Source: Ignavibacteriales bacterium
GTDB lineage: Bacteria; Bacteroidota; Ignavibacteria; UBA10030; UBA6906
Direction of reading: 5' to 3'
NCBI GenBank assembly: GCA_037441705.1
Contig: JBBIRR010000001.1
Location: forward strand, 308,070 to 372,069
DNA: 64,000 bases
Below, piece after piece: positions 31,523 to 41,733 of this stretch (positions are counted from its first letter, which is position 1; the number at the start of each line of letters is the position of its first letter). The translations under genes were made by a program, and so were the position numbers. A model generated the notes under the pieces. The model did not search any database and had not been told where the DNA came from. It was given only the letters and a program-made list of their open reading frames with translations.

Positions 31523-32548
31523 ATGAAAGCAGCATTCGTCACAAAATATGGAGGACCTGAAGTACTGGAGATTCGCGAGACTGCCATCCCACGACCGCAG
31601 CCGGACCAGATACTGGTCAAAGTTCGGGCTATTGGACTGAACTTTGCCGATGTTATGGGCCGATTTGGCGTGTATCCCGGAACGCCCCAGCCGCCGTTCA
31701 TCCTCGGGTTGGAATTTTCGGGAGATGTTGTGGAAGTGGGCTCCGCGGTTACACTGTTCAAAGGCGGCGAACGCGTGATGGGCTACAGCAGGCACGGCAG
31801 TCATGCCGAATACGTATGCGTGAGCGAAAAGTTTGCCACCGAACTGCCTCCCGCGATGAGCTACGAAGAAGGGGCCTCGTTCCTTGTCGTCTATCTCACC
31901 GCGTACCACGGTATCGTTCGTCTTGCCAACATCCGTTCAGGCGAGAAACTGCTCGTGCATGCAGCGGCCGGCGGCGCGGGCCTGGCAACCGTACAACTCG
32001 GCAAACACCTCGGCGCGGAAATCTTCGGAACCGCCGGCTCGGAGCAGAAAGTCGAGCTGGCGCGCAAGCACGGCGCGCATCATGTGATCAACTACAATAC
32101 CCACGACTTTGCCGACGAGATTCGCCGCATCACCAACAACTACGGCGTTGATGTTGTGATGGATGCTGTCGGCGGACTCGTGTACGACAAGAGCTGGAAC
32201 TTGCTGGCACCCATGGGACGCTACATCCTCTACGGACTTGCTGCCGTAGCCGGGAAAGGTGCGTTGAACAAACTCAAAGCCGCCACCGTCATGTCCGTCA
32301 TGAAACCGATTTTCCCCCCTCAACTCATGAGCGCCAACAAGGGTATTCTCGGGTTCAACCTGGGCACGCTCAAGGGAAAGGAAGCATACTTCAAAGAGGC
32401 GACTCTCGAGCTGCTCAAGCTCTACGATCTTGGCGTCCTGAAGCCCCTCATCTGGAAGGTCTTCCCCTTTCATGACATTGTCGAGGCACACAGGGCGCTC
32501 CAGACGCGCCAATCCGTCGGCAAGGTTGTAGTGATGGTTGGGACGTGA
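31523..32548 (+). CDS. NADPH:quinone oxidoreductase-like MDR protein (Qor/VAT-1 type)
   Basis: 'YGGPEVL', 'GLNFAD', 'GLEFSG', 'HAAAGGAG', 'SVGKVV'. Confidence 0.92.
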   Translation: MKAAFVTKYGGPEVLEIRETAIPRPQPDQILVKVRAIGLNFADVMGRFGVYPGTPQPPFILGLEFSGDVVEVGSAVTLFKGGERVMGYSRHGSHAEYVCVSEKFATELPPAMSYEEGASFLVVYLTAYHGIVRLANIRSGEKLLVHAAAGGAGLATVQLGKHLGAEIFGTAGSEQKVELARKHGAHHVINYNTHDFADEIRRITNNYGVDVVMDAVGGLVYDKSWNLLAPMGRYILYGLAAVAGKGALNKLKAATVMSVMKPIFPPQLMSANKGILGFNLGTLKGKEAYFKEATLELLKLYDLGVLKPLIWKVFPFHDIVEAHRALQTRQSVGKVVVMVGT

Positions 32549-33150
32549 CGATGAACGATGTCGATTCTCGAGAGTTCTGGGAAGCTCGCTATCGTACCAA
32601 CCAGACAGGGTGGGATATGGGCGAGCCGACGCCGGCTTTCGTTGACCTGCTGCAGAGCAGAACGTTCGAGCCGGGAAAGACACTTGTGCTCGGCTGCGGC
32701 AAAGGATACGATGCGGTGTTGTTTGCACAGCACGGGTTTACCGTCACGGCAATTGATTTTTCTCCTGCAGCCATCGCCGCCACGCGAGAGCTGGCGCAGA
32801 GAAAGGGCGTAGCGATCGAACTCGTGGAGGAGGATCTGTTCGATTATTCTCTTGGTGTGATCGAGGAATTCGACTACATCGTCGAATACGTTACCTTTTG
32901 TGCGATCGACCCGATGCGCCGCGCGGAGTTTGCTTCGGCCGTATCCTCGATGCTCAAGCACAACGGGGAACTGTTCGCGTTGTTTTTTCCTTTGGAGAAT
33001 CGGCCGGGCGGCCCGCCGTACGCAGTGGCGATGGATGAAGTGGTCCGATTGTTTGGCCGGACCCTGGAGTTGGTTTCCATCGAACCCCCCGCACGCTCGT
33101 TCCCATCCCGCAAGGGAAAAGAGATGATGACCGTGTGGAGAAAACCATAG
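32545..33150 (+). CDS. Class I SAM-dependent methyltransferase, TPMT/halide methyltransferase-like
   Basis: 'FWEARY..TGWDMG', 'VLGCGKGYD', 'FCAIDP', 'GGPPY'. Confidence 0.9.
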   Translation: MTMNDVDSREFWEARYRTNQTGWDMGEPTPAFVDLLQSRTFEPGKTLVLGCGKGYDAVLFAQHGFTVTAIDFSPAAIAATRELAQRKGVAIELVEEDLFDYSLGVIEEFDYIVEYVTFCAIDPMRRAEFASAVSSMLKHNGELFALFFPLENRPGGPPYAVAMDEVVRLFGRTLELVSIEPPARSFPSRKGKEMMTVWRKP

Positions 33151-33186
33151 GCTTGGAGGAAGAGGCACGCGTGTGCAAGAAGCCCG

Positions 33187-33831
33187 ATGACGCACCACAG
33201 CAATCATCAACAGAGGCTCGATCCTGATTTTCTGCTCGTTGCTTATTGCAACGGATATTTTCCGATGGCGACGCACCGTACCGGTCGCATCGAATGGTTC
33301 TCGCCCGATCCGCGTGCAATCATTCCTCTCGATGGGCTGCGCGTGTCACGCAGTTTGAGACGAACGCTGAAGAGGAATCTCTTCACGATTCGCATCAATT
33401 CAGCGTTTGAGCGCGTGATGCGGGCGTGTGCCGATCGTGCGGAGACGTGGATTTCTGAAGAAATCATTTCGGCCTACACCGCGCTGCACGAACGCGGGTT
33501 TGCCCACAGCGTGGAAACGTGGCATGGCGCGCAGTTGGTTGGCGGATTGTATGGCGTAGCTATCGGTGGGGCGTTCTTCGGCGAATCGATGTTCTCACGC
33601 ATGGCCGATGCTTCGAAAGTCGCGCTTGTTCATCTCGTCGAGCGTTTGAGACAGCGCGGTTTTCTTCTGCTTGATACGCAGTACATCACCGAGCATCTGC
33701 GGCGGCTTGGCGCAATCGAGGTGTCGCGCAGCAGGTATCTCCGATTACTTTCCAAAGCCATCGCCGTCAACACCTCGTTTCTCGATCAAGCCGACGGCGG
33801 TCCCGTTGCTCGAACGGATGTGCAAACATAG
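33187..33831 (+). CDS. aat: Leucyl/phenylalanyl-tRNA--protein transferase
   Basis: 'AYCNGYFPM', 'WFSPDPRA', 'AHSVE', 'GGLYGV..FFGESMFS', 'DASKVAL'. Confidence 0.96.
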   Translation: MTHHSNHQQRLDPDFLLVAYCNGYFPMATHRTGRIEWFSPDPRAIIPLDGLRVSRSLRRTLKRNLFTIRINSAFERVMRACADRAETWISEEIISAYTALHERGFAHSVETWHGAQLVGGLYGVAIGGAFFGESMFSRMADASKVALVHLVERLRQRGFLLLDTQYITEHLRRLGAIEVSRSRYLRLLSKAIAVNTSFLDQADGGPVARTDVQT

Positions 33832-34066
33832 TTGGGACATGTTCCGCCGCACCGTCGTGAAGAACTCCAGAGAATCAGTGAGGCGGCTTACGCCGTCGGA
33901 GGTGTTCACGGCGTATATTCCACTCGCACCATCAACGTGTGTCGTCTGCTGGACTTCTTGCGCGGTAAGGTGTTTTAGAGCAAGCCATTTGTCACACGCC
34001 GTCAAGGTTCAGAGCTGCTAAATGTGCCGTAGGGCGGATTTCGCAGTTTCTTGTGAGTTCGTTGAG

Positions 34067-34095
34067 TTGACACCGTTGAAATTTGTCCCTATATT
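34067..34095 (+). promoter_or_regulatory. Near-consensus sigma70 promoter
   Basis: TTGACA-17 nt-TATATT upstream of the 34167 ORF. Confidence 0.7.
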
Positions 34096-34166
34096 GCAAT
34101 CGACACTCGACACCAGCCTGTCGAGCCGGCGTATGCACTTATCACGCTACATTGGAGATAGCTTAC

Positions 34167-34568
34167 ATGATTCCCTCACGTGGCACGCAGAAATTCGAGC
34201 GAGTTACCATTACGCTCGTTCCCACGGCGGATGAGCGCAGCTTCCGCCACATTCCCTCGACCTTCAGTAAGACCAACCGCACCTACGGGTGGCGTCACTT
34301 TGAGCAAATGGATTACATGATCGTACCCAAAAAGATCTCCAGCAACGAAATCAAAGTGGATATCTTTGTCGACCCGCAGAACAAGAAGAGACTTCAGCCC
34401 TTCGACATCCAGAAGGCCGTCATGGATTTCGTCAAGAGCAAGATCCATTCGGAGTGGGCGGGCTTGAAACTGGGAAGCATCAGCCGCGCAACTGTCGCGT
34501 CGCCGCCCGATCAAACGTTCCATCGCGGAACCATTGAAGAAATTCTCGGGGCCCACCTGGAAAGCTAA
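34167..34568 (+). CDS. Hypothetical protein (133 aa)
   Basis: GGAG SD before ATG 34167; own promoter and terminator; no motif recognised. Confidence 0.75.
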   Translation: MIPSRGTQKFERVTITLVPTADERSFRHIPSTFSKTNRTYGWRHFEQMDYMIVPKKISSNEIKVDIFVDPQNKKRLQPFDIQKAVMDFVKSKIHSEWAGLKLGSISRATVASPPDQTFHRGTIEEILGAHLES

Positions 34569-34591
34569 TCCACCCCCGACTGCGAACTACG

Positions 34592-34633
34592 AAATGCACT
34601 AATGTTGTTTTCGTTAGTGCATTTTTGTTTTTT
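34592..34633 (+). terminator. Rho-independent terminator between the hypothetical gene and purC
   Basis: AAATGCACTAA...TTAGTGCATTT followed by T tracts. Confidence 0.75.
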
Positions 34634-34675
34634 GTGATGGACAGGGAATTCACCCACTACGGAAGGAGAACGAAG

Positions 34676-35575
34676 ATGTCTGCCTCAGTCATCACACAAA
34701 CCGCTTCGGACCGATTCACTCCCACCAAACGGGGAAAGGTCCGCGATCTGTACGACCTCGGGGAAACACTCCTCATTGTCGCCACCGATCGCATTTCAGC
34801 GTTCGATGTGATACTCCCCGACGGCATTCCGCACAAGGGGAAAGTCCTCACGCAGATCTCCGCCTTCTGGTTCAACAAACTGTCGCACATCGTTCCGCAT
34901 CACATCATTTCTACCGACATCGCGAAATTCCCCGAACCGTTCCGCTCGGCACCGGAAATTTTTGCAGGACGGAGCATGCTCGTCAAGAAAACTCAACCCA
35001 TCGAGGTGGAGTGTGTCGTGCGCGGCTATCTCTCGGGTTCCGGCTGGAACGAATACAAGAAGACGAAATCCGTCTGCGGCATTCCTCTGCGCGACGGTCT
35101 ACGCGAGTCGGACAAATTGAGCGAGCCTATCTTCACGCCCACCACGAAGGCTCCTATCGGCACGCACGACGAGAACCTATCGTTTGATGAAGTGGTGAAC
35201 AAGCTTGGCATCGAGATGGCCACAACGCTTCGCGATCTGACCATCACGCTCTACCAGCAGGGTGCAGACTATGCGGCAACGAAAGGCATCATCATCGCCG
35301 ATACGAAATTCGAGTTCGGGCTTGACAACGACGGAACGTTAGTGTGGATTGACGAAGCGCTCACGCCGGATTCCTCCCGTTTCTGGCCGATGGACCAGTA
35401 TGCCCCGGGAGGGCCGCAGCCCAGTTTCGACAAACAGTACGTACGAGATTATCTGCTTTCCATCAACTGGAACAAGCAACCTCCTGCCCCTTCGTTGCCT
35501 GCACACGTCATCGAAACAACCAGCAAGAAATATGAGGACGCCCTTCGCCTCCTTACAGGCAGAGGCGTGCAATAG
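34676..35575 (+). CDS. purC: SAICAR synthetase
   Basis: 'RGKVRDLY', 'TDRISAFDV', 'ECVVRGY', 'IADTKFEFG', 'TPDSSRFW', 'FDKQYVRD'; AAGGAG SD. Confidence 0.97.
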   Translation: MSASVITQTASDRFTPTKRGKVRDLYDLGETLLIVATDRISAFDVILPDGIPHKGKVLTQISAFWFNKLSHIVPHHIISTDIAKFPEPFRSAPEIFAGRSMLVKKTQPIEVECVVRGYLSGSGWNEYKKTKSVCGIPLRDGLRESDKLSEPIFTPTTKAPIGTHDENLSFDEVVNKLGIEMATTLRDLTITLYQQGADYAATKGIIIADTKFEFGLDNDGTLVWIDEALTPDSSRFWPMDQYAPGGPQPSFDKQYVRDYLLSINWNKQPPAPSLPAHVIETTSKKYEDALRLLTGRGVQ

Positions 35576-35578
35576 ACG

Positions 35579-36859
35579 ATGAACGACGTGCGTCGTGCGG
35601 ATGTGACCGCTTCCCTCAAGCCTGCGATCGAGATCGGCAATCTCCGCTTCTTCATTCCGCGCGAAACGCTTGCCTCGCTCATTGCGCTGCCGTGGCAGCA
35701 TCCACTTGAAACATGGGGCGAGCACCGTGTCGCGCTGCTGGAGGTGAAGAGCGGCCTGTCCCGACACGTCGTGCGCTTCCTCGAGCTGAACGGACGTCGC
35801 TTTGCCGTCAAAGAAACCTCCTGGGAAATCGCTCTGCGTGAGCACGATGCCTATGTCCGACTTCAGGCCATGGGTGTGCGCACGCTGACGCCCGTGGGTG
35901 TTGTGGAACGCGATGACGGATCCGGCATCGTTACCACACACGTCGGCACCCAGCCGTACCGGCGTCGCACCGGTTATCTGATAACGGAATTGATGGGCAA
36001 CGTTGTGCCCGACGCGTTTCTGTACAAACGCGGTTTTACGAAGCAGAACCGCCGCCGTATCTGGGACGCCGTGATCAACCTTTTTGTGGAAATGCACAGC
36101 AAGGGCGTCTACTGGGGGGATGCTTCCCTCAGCAACATGCTCATTCACTTCAGCAACGAGGCGGAACCGGAGCTGGGATACCGAACACGCTTGCGCGCGG
36201 TGCTTGCCGACGCGGAAACCGTTGAAATCCACCCCTCGCTCTCCGCATCGCTCCGACAGGCGGACGTCGAGTTCTTCATTGAATCCATGCTGTGGATGGA
36301 AGCGGACCTCAAGGCCAGCGGCATCGTCCGCGAGCCGGTCATCACCGACGAAGACCAGAAGATGATCATCGAGACCTACAAAGAACGGTATGCGGTACAG
36401 CAGGAAATGCAATCCTTCGAGCTGGTCACAACGATTGATGTCGACTCTCTGCTCGGCGATTTCGATTCGAAGGGATACGGTGCTATTCTCCTCAAACATA
36501 TCCATGAGCACAAGTGGTACATGAGCGAACGCGAGAGGCGTGAAGTACCGCTCGCCGACGCGGCTCAGGATTGGTATCGCGCCGTCTTCAAGCCGGTGTG
36601 CCGTTTGTTCAACGAGTACGAGCTTGCGTCCTTCTTTCCCGACAAAACGGCCGCAAGCCTTTATGTCCAGATTATGGAGCACAAGTATTTCATGAGCGAG
36701 CAGGCAAAGAAGGACGTCGGAATTGCAGCGGCAACGTGGGATTACGTCATCCGCTTCGCGCAGCCAGCACTATCGCACCACACCATCCGCTCGCTGATAC
36801 GCGAGTTGCGCGCCCTGTTCCGACGGCTGCCTGCTCCGCTCAGCGCAGTGTACTCCTAA
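35579..36859 (+). CDS. DUF4032-type protein with kinase-like (Kdo/WaaP-like) domain
   Basis: 'LPWQHPLETW', 'GLSRHVVRF', 'FAVKE', 'YWGDASLSNML', 'LADAET'; two C-terminal 'EHK(W/Y)xMSE' units. Confidence 0.8.
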   Translation: MNDVRRADVTASLKPAIEIGNLRFFIPRETLASLIALPWQHPLETWGEHRVALLEVKSGLSRHVVRFLELNGRRFAVKETSWEIALREHDAYVRLQAMGVRTLTPVGVVERDDGSGIVTTHVGTQPYRRRTGYLITELMGNVVPDAFLYKRGFTKQNRRRIWDAVINLFVEMHSKGVYWGDASLSNMLIHFSNEAEPELGYRTRLRAVLADAETVEIHPSLSASLRQADVEFFIESMLWMEADLKASGIVREPVITDEDQKMIIETYKERYAVQQEMQSFELVTTIDVDSLLGDFDSKGYGAILLKHIHEHKWYMSERERREVPLADAAQDWYRAVFKPVCRLFNEYELASFFPDKTAASLYVQIMEHKYFMSEQAKKDVGIAAATWDYVIRFAQPALSHHTIRSLIRELRALFRRLPAPLSAVYS

Positions 36860-36987
36860 CATATGCGCCGCTGCCCGTGTGCACGGTGCCTGTAACAATT
36901 TTCATGCATTTCGTACAACAAAACAGCTTTGGTCTTGCAATCACGCATCCGGACTTCTTTTCACTCTCACATCAAACAGGAGAATCC

Positions 36988-38340
36988 ATGAACATGTACA
37001 TTGCCCTTTGCGCCTTAACGCCATTCGTCGTGATGACCGTCGAGGCAGCAACGCCGGAATCACCACCCGCGAAAGTCTTTCCGTACCCGATCCATCACAC
37101 GATACTGGACAACGGGTTGAAGATCGTATCTATCCCTTTCGACAGTCCGGGCATTATCGCCTACTACACGGTGGTGCGTGCAGGCTCTCGTAACGAAATC
37201 GAGCCGGGCCTATCGGGCTTCGCGCATTTCTTCGAGCACATGATGTTCCGGGGCACGGAGAAGTACAGCAAGGACGCCTTCAACGAGGTCTTGAAGTCCA
37301 TCGGCGCCGATAACAACGCGTACACGAACAACGACGCCACCGTCTATCACACGCTTGCAAGCGCGGAGGCACTCGAAACGATCATGGACTTGGAGTCCGA
37401 CCGCTTCATGAATCTGAAGTACACCGAAGAAGATTTCAAAACAGAGGCGGGCGCAATTCTGGGCGAGTACAACAAGAACTACTCGAGTCCGTTTCTCTCC
37501 ATCTTCGAAAAACTCTACGACACCGCGTACGAAAAGCATACGTACAAGCATACCACGATGGGATTCTTGAAGGACATCATGGACATGCCGAATCAGTACC
37601 AGTACAGTCTCACCTTCTTCGACCGATGGTATCGGCCCGAATACTGCACGATTGTGGTGGTGGGAGATGTACGGCACGAGAAGCTGGTTGCGCTTGCAAA
37701 GAAGTATTATGGGAACTGGAAGCGCGGCAGCTTCACCCTCGAGGTTCCCGCCGAGCCTCCGCAGACACAGGAGAAGTTTGTAGAGATGAAATGGAAAGCG
37801 CGGACACTGCCGATTCTCGCCATCGGCTACCACGGACCGGCGTTCAGCGACACACAGATCGATATGCCGGCGATCGACCTTCTTGCCCAGTATCTTTTCT
37901 CACAGCAGTCCGAACTCTACGCGCAGCTCGTGATTCAGCAACAGGCGGTGGAGTTCATTCAAGGAGGTCAGGGCGATGCACGCGATCCGGGGCTGTTTAC
38001 CATCCTCACGCGCATCAAGGATCCGAAGAATATCGATCACGTCAAGACCGCCATCTACGCCGCAATCGAAAAGGCAAAGGCAACGCCGATTTCAGAGCAG
38101 CAGCTCAACAATATCAAGTCGCACATGAAATACAGCTACGCGATGAGTCTGAACAACCCTGATGCGATTGCCAACAGCATTGCCCACTATATTGCGATGA
38201 CGGGCGATCCGGAAAGCGTCAATCGTGTCTACGCACTGTATGATGCTGTCACACCGCAGGACCTGCTGCAGGTTGCCAACAAATACTTCGAGCCCAAGAA
38301 CCGCACCGTTGTTCTCCTCACGCAGGAAGGAGCGAACTAA
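36988..38340 (+). CDS. M16 family zinc peptidase, catalytic subunit (exported)
   Basis: AGGAG SD; signal peptide; inverted zinc motif 'GFAHFFEHMMFRGT'; 'NAYT..D.TVY'. Confidence 0.93.
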   Translation: MNMYIALCALTPFVVMTVEAATPESPPAKVFPYPIHHTILDNGLKIVSIPFDSPGIIAYYTVVRAGSRNEIEPGLSGFAHFFEHMMFRGTEKYSKDAFNEVLKSIGADNNAYTNNDATVYHTLASAEALETIMDLESDRFMNLKYTEEDFKTEAGAILGEYNKNYSSPFLSIFEKLYDTAYEKHTYKHTTMGFLKDIMDMPNQYQYSLTFFDRWYRPEYCTIVVVGDVRHEKLVALAKKYYGNWKRGSFTLEVPAEPPQTQEKFVEMKWKARTLPILAIGYHGPAFSDTQIDMPAIDLLAQYLFSQQSELYAQLVIQQQAVEFIQGGQGDARDPGLFTILTRIKDPKNIDHVKTAIYAAIEKAKATPISEQQLNNIKSHMKYSYAMSLNNPDAIANSIAHYIAMTGDPESVNRVYALYDAVTPQDLLQVANKYFEPKNRTVVLLTQEGAN

Positions 38341-38341
38341 C

Positions 38342-39877
38342 ATGAAATCTCTCATCACGTTGATGGTGCTCATGATGACGGTGATGGCTGTTGCCAAGAC
38401 GCCCCTGAAGGTGACCGAAATCAGGAGCGAACACTCGCCGCTGATCAATTTCCGTATCATTCTGCGCGCAGGCTCGGTCAACGACTGGAAAGGAAAGGAA
38501 GGCATCAACGCGCTTACGGCCTACCTGATTGCCAATGGCGGAACGAATACGCTGACGTACCAGCAAGTGCTTGCCGCATTGTATCCCTGGGCCGCCTCCA
38601 TTACTGTTCAGCCGGACAAGGAGATCACCACATTCATTGCCAGTGTGCATCGCGATCATCTCGACGCGTTCTACGAACTGTTCTCGAGTTTGCTGCTTCA
38701 TCCGCGTTTCGATCCCGACGACTTCACACGCAACAAGGATCTCTTGCTGAACTACCTCGAGAAAAATCTGCGGGGCACGGACGATGAGAACCTCGGGAAG
38801 GAAGCATTGAATCTGATGCTGTTCCCCAACCATCCGTACGGGACAGCAGGCGCCACCGTCCAGGGTCTCAAATCCATCACGCTCGACGACGTGAAAGCGT
38901 ACTACACTCGGATGTACACGACCGGGCGTCTCTGGCTCGGCGTGGCAGGCGGCTATCCGCCCAACCTCATTCCAAAAATGAAGAACGATTTCTCGACGCT
39001 GCCCGACGGCGCATTCGAACCGGTTGCACTTCCCACACCTGAAAAAGCTCAGGCACTCGAGGTCAGCATTGTGCAAAAACCTGCGCGCGCTACCGCCATC
39101 TCCTTCGGACACACGCTGCCCCTGACGCGGAAGGACGACGACTTCTATGCACTGATGGTTGCCAACTCGTATCTGGGCGAACACCGCACGTTCAACGGTG
39201 TGTTGATGAACCGTCTGCGCGGTGACCGCGGTCTGAACTATGGCGACTACTCATACATCGAGCGGTTCACCGGCGGGCTTGGCTCGGGTAACGTCTTCCC
39301 GAACGTGAACACGCCGCTGCGCCAGCAGTACTTTAGCGTGTGGCTGAGACCCGTCCAGCCGGAAAACGCTCACTTTGCCCTGCGTGCCGCATTGTACGAA
39401 CTCCAGAAGTTTGTGCAGAACGGACTGAGCGAGAAGGACTTCGAGCAGACAAGAAAGTTTCTGATCAACTACTCGAAACTCTGGGCGCAGACGCTCGACC
39501 GCAGGCTTGGCTATAAGATGGATTCGGAGTTCTACGGCACCGACTATTTCATCGACCGGATTGATAGAGAACTCCGCACACTCGATGTAGCGCGCGTGAA
39601 TGCTGCAATCAAGAAGTACATTGATCCGAAGAACATGAAGGTGGCGATGGTTGCCGAGGATGCGCAGGGACTTCTGGACAGGATTCTCAGGAATGAGCCT
39701 TCACCCATCACCTACGCGTCGCCTGTCTCGCAGCGCATTCTGGACGAAGACAAGATCATCGAGAAGCTTCCCCTGAATGTGAACAGAGAGCGATCGCGCG
39801 TTGTGCCTGTTGAGCAGTTGTTTGAAAACGAGAGTTCAGGAATGACGCTGGAGCCGAAAGAGAAAGGACGGGAATAG
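38342..39877 (+). CDS. M16 family peptidase, non-catalytic partner subunit (exported)
   Basis: Signal peptide; M16 fold without HxxEH; 'LRGDRGLNYG'. Confidence 0.9.
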   Translation: MKSLITLMVLMMTVMAVAKTPLKVTEIRSEHSPLINFRIILRAGSVNDWKGKEGINALTAYLIANGGTNTLTYQQVLAALYPWAASITVQPDKEITTFIASVHRDHLDAFYELFSSLLLHPRFDPDDFTRNKDLLLNYLEKNLRGTDDENLGKEALNLMLFPNHPYGTAGATVQGLKSITLDDVKAYYTRMYTTGRLWLGVAGGYPPNLIPKMKNDFSTLPDGAFEPVALPTPEKAQALEVSIVQKPARATAISFGHTLPLTRKDDDFYALMVANSYLGEHRTFNGVLMNRLRGDRGLNYGDYSYIERFTGGLGSGNVFPNVNTPLRQQYFSVWLRPVQPENAHFALRAALYELQKFVQNGLSEKDFEQTRKFLINYSKLWAQTLDRRLGYKMDSEFYGTDYFIDRIDRELRTLDVARVNAAIKKYIDPKNMKVAMVAEDAQGLLDRILRNEPSPITYASPVSQRILDEDKIIEKLPLNVNRERSRVVPVEQLFENESSGMTLEPKEKGRE

Positions 39878-39890
39878 GTACGACGGAACG

Positions 39891-39927
39891 CGGCGCACGT
39901 TCGTACGCGAGCGTGCGCCGATGTTTT
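39891..39927 (+). terminator. Terminator after the M16 pair
   Basis: CGGCGCACGTTCG-TACG-CGAGCGTGCGCCG followed by ATGTTTT. Confidence 0.65.
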
Positions 39928-40072
39928 CTGACGCTTCACTCCACCGGCTGTGCGTCGTGCACACGATTTCTTTTTTCACAGCAAGTTCTTATACTCCCCC
40001 GCAGCGCGCGGCTGCTCTCCGTGCTGCCGAACTTTCCCGAGAAACATCGTTCATAGTTCATATTTGCGCACA

Positions 40073-40567
40073 ATGAAGAAAACCCTTACGATTCTTGCAT
40101 TCGTTCTTGGAACGCTGCTTGTCCTCGTGCAGTTTGTCCGCCCAGAAAAGAACACCTCATCGGCACCGTCGCCGTACGACATTGCCGCGCAGTACGACCT
40201 CCCTTCCGACATTCATGCTATGCTGCGTACTTCCTGCTTCGATTGCCACAGCAACAGTACGCGCTATCCGTGGTACGCCCATATCCAGCCCATCGGCTGG
40301 TGGCTGAACAAGCACATCGCCGAAGCAAAACGCGAGTTAAACTTTTCCGAATTTGCAAACCGCAGCCCGCGCTGGCAGCTCAGAAAACTTGACGAGATTG
40401 CAGAGCAGCTTGAGAAGAACGAGATGCCTCTTCCCTCCTATCTCCTTGCCCATCCCGAAGCCCGACTTTCCGCCCAGCAGAAGGAACACCTGATTGCCTG
40501 GACGCGGGCAATGAAACAGTGCGTCACGGGCGCAACGCACGACGTAGAACGTCAGCGTCGGGAATAA
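40073..40567 (+). CDS. Mono-haem cytochrome c (Haem_bd-type domain), membrane anchored
   Basis: N-terminal TM; 'SCFDCHS', 'YPWY', 'LNFSEF', 'EMPLPSY...HPEARL'. Confidence 0.9.
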   Translation: MKKTLTILAFVLGTLLVLVQFVRPEKNTSSAPSPYDIAAQYDLPSDIHAMLRTSCFDCHSNSTRYPWYAHIQPIGWWLNKHIAEAKRELNFSEFANRSPRWQLRKLDEIAEQLEKNEMPLPSYLLAHPEARLSAQQKEHLIAWTRAMKQCVTGATHDVERQRRE

Positions 40568-40691
40568 TTCGGTGCGCCCTCTTCATCCTCGCTCGCAGTG
40601 TAAGAGGATCATCGTTCTTGTCTGAGCAAAATCCTGCTGCCGGCAGACTCCGACAAGGCCGGAGCACCGAACCTTACCGCGTGCACAGTGC

Positions 40692-40979
40692 TTATGCCGC
40701 ATGAGGGGGTTCGAGCACCTGTTTGTCGTGTTCGAGTCGAGCGACGCGCTCGCGCAGCTCCTGCAAGCAGCGTTGTTGCGACACCAGCATGGACATGACA
40801 ATGCTTTCAAACGGGATCGGACGTGCTGCGTAGGCGCTTCCGGCTAACTGCAAGCGTGCTGCGCGGAATAGTTCGTCCAACGCCTCCTGATCCTCTTTTC
40901 GCAACCCGCGTCGATACTTCGACCAGCTTTCCATTTCCTGCTGGATGACCATGGTGAATGTCGGAACGGTACGTCCCAT
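40692..40979 (-). CDS. Small helical protein resembling the PolB2-associated accessory protein (arCOG07300/PPB2-like)
   Basis: GGAGG SD; 'MGRTVPTF...W..YRRGLRKEDQEALDELF..AR...RPIPFESIVMSML' plus coiled-coil tail. Confidence 0.8.
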   Translation of the reverse strand: MGRTVPTFTMVIQQEMESWSKYRRGLRKEDQEALDELFRAARLQLAGSAYAARPIPFESIVMSMLVSQQRCLQELRERVARLEHDKQVLEPPHAA

Positions 40980-40990
40980 AGCTTCCTCCT

Positions 40991-41683
40991 TCAACGGTGT
41001 GCTGATATTTTGTTTGCCGAACGATGAATCATCGGAGCTTCATTGCTCTGCGCGGTTCGCGTCGGCCGTTTCGTCTCGCGCTGGATACACAGCATTGCAT
41101 CCTGTCGGAAGATGGAAAACACCTCATCCATTGCCGAGCATAGCATCGGAAACAGCATCCCTCTCTCCTTCGAGGCAGGACGCATATCAAGGGATGCCAG
41201 CAGGATCGAGTAATTGGCGTGCTTCAGCGCGCGCAATGCGACCAGGATGCGCTGCACACTCGCCCGCACTTCAAACAACGGTGCCTGCTCATCATAGAAT
41301 GTATCTAACAGCCCAAAGATCATAATGATGGGCGTGCGTTTCTCTCCGACAAATCGAGGCAGACGCTCGGTGATTGTTGCTTCCATCTGATAACAGGTAA
41401 ATGCACGCGAAATGAAAATTCGCTCCAACAGATCCTCTGGCGTGATGCGCTTGTTCACTGCACGTTGACCGGCGGCCATTCGGCGCGCAACTTCGGCAAG
41501 GTAGTACAGATCGAAATGATTCGACCCATCCACCAGCGCAACAGGATGCCCCCCGAGCAGCGCATGCGATGCAGCATACAAAGACACGCGAAACACGCTT
41601 TGGTCGCCATGCAGACAAAACAGCTTCCCGGCCGGGGGCGACCTGAACTGCTGCAACAACGCCGTGTACGGTATCGGTGTCAT
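40991..41683 (-). CDS. Inactivated RadA/RecA-fold protein (iRadA, ImuA-analogous)
   Basis: 'LVDGSNHFDLY', 'LLERIFISRAFTCYQM' (RadA-like); Walker A region 'LHGDQSVFR' lacks GK[ST]. Confidence 0.78.
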   Translation of the reverse strand: MTPIPYTALLQQFRSPPAGKLFCLHGDQSVFRVSLYAASHALLGGHPVALVDGSNHFDLYYLAEVARRMAAGQRAVNKRITPEDLLERIFISRAFTCYQMEATITERLPRFVGEKRTPIIMIFGLLDTFYDEQAPLFEVRASVQRILVALRALKHANYSILLASLDMRPASKERGMLFPMLCSAMDEVFSIFRQDAMLCIQRETKRPTRTAQSNEAPMIHRSANKISAHR

Positions 41684-41733
41684 GGATTAACGTTTAGGAC
41701 ATGGGCTACTGCTGATGGGGGGTGGCTGGAAAT

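Noticed and set aside
40568-40691. Remnant of a polymerase gene after the PPB2-like ORF
   Set aside because: The short ORF overlapping its stop (MRHKHCARG...) shows no polymerase-like sequence.
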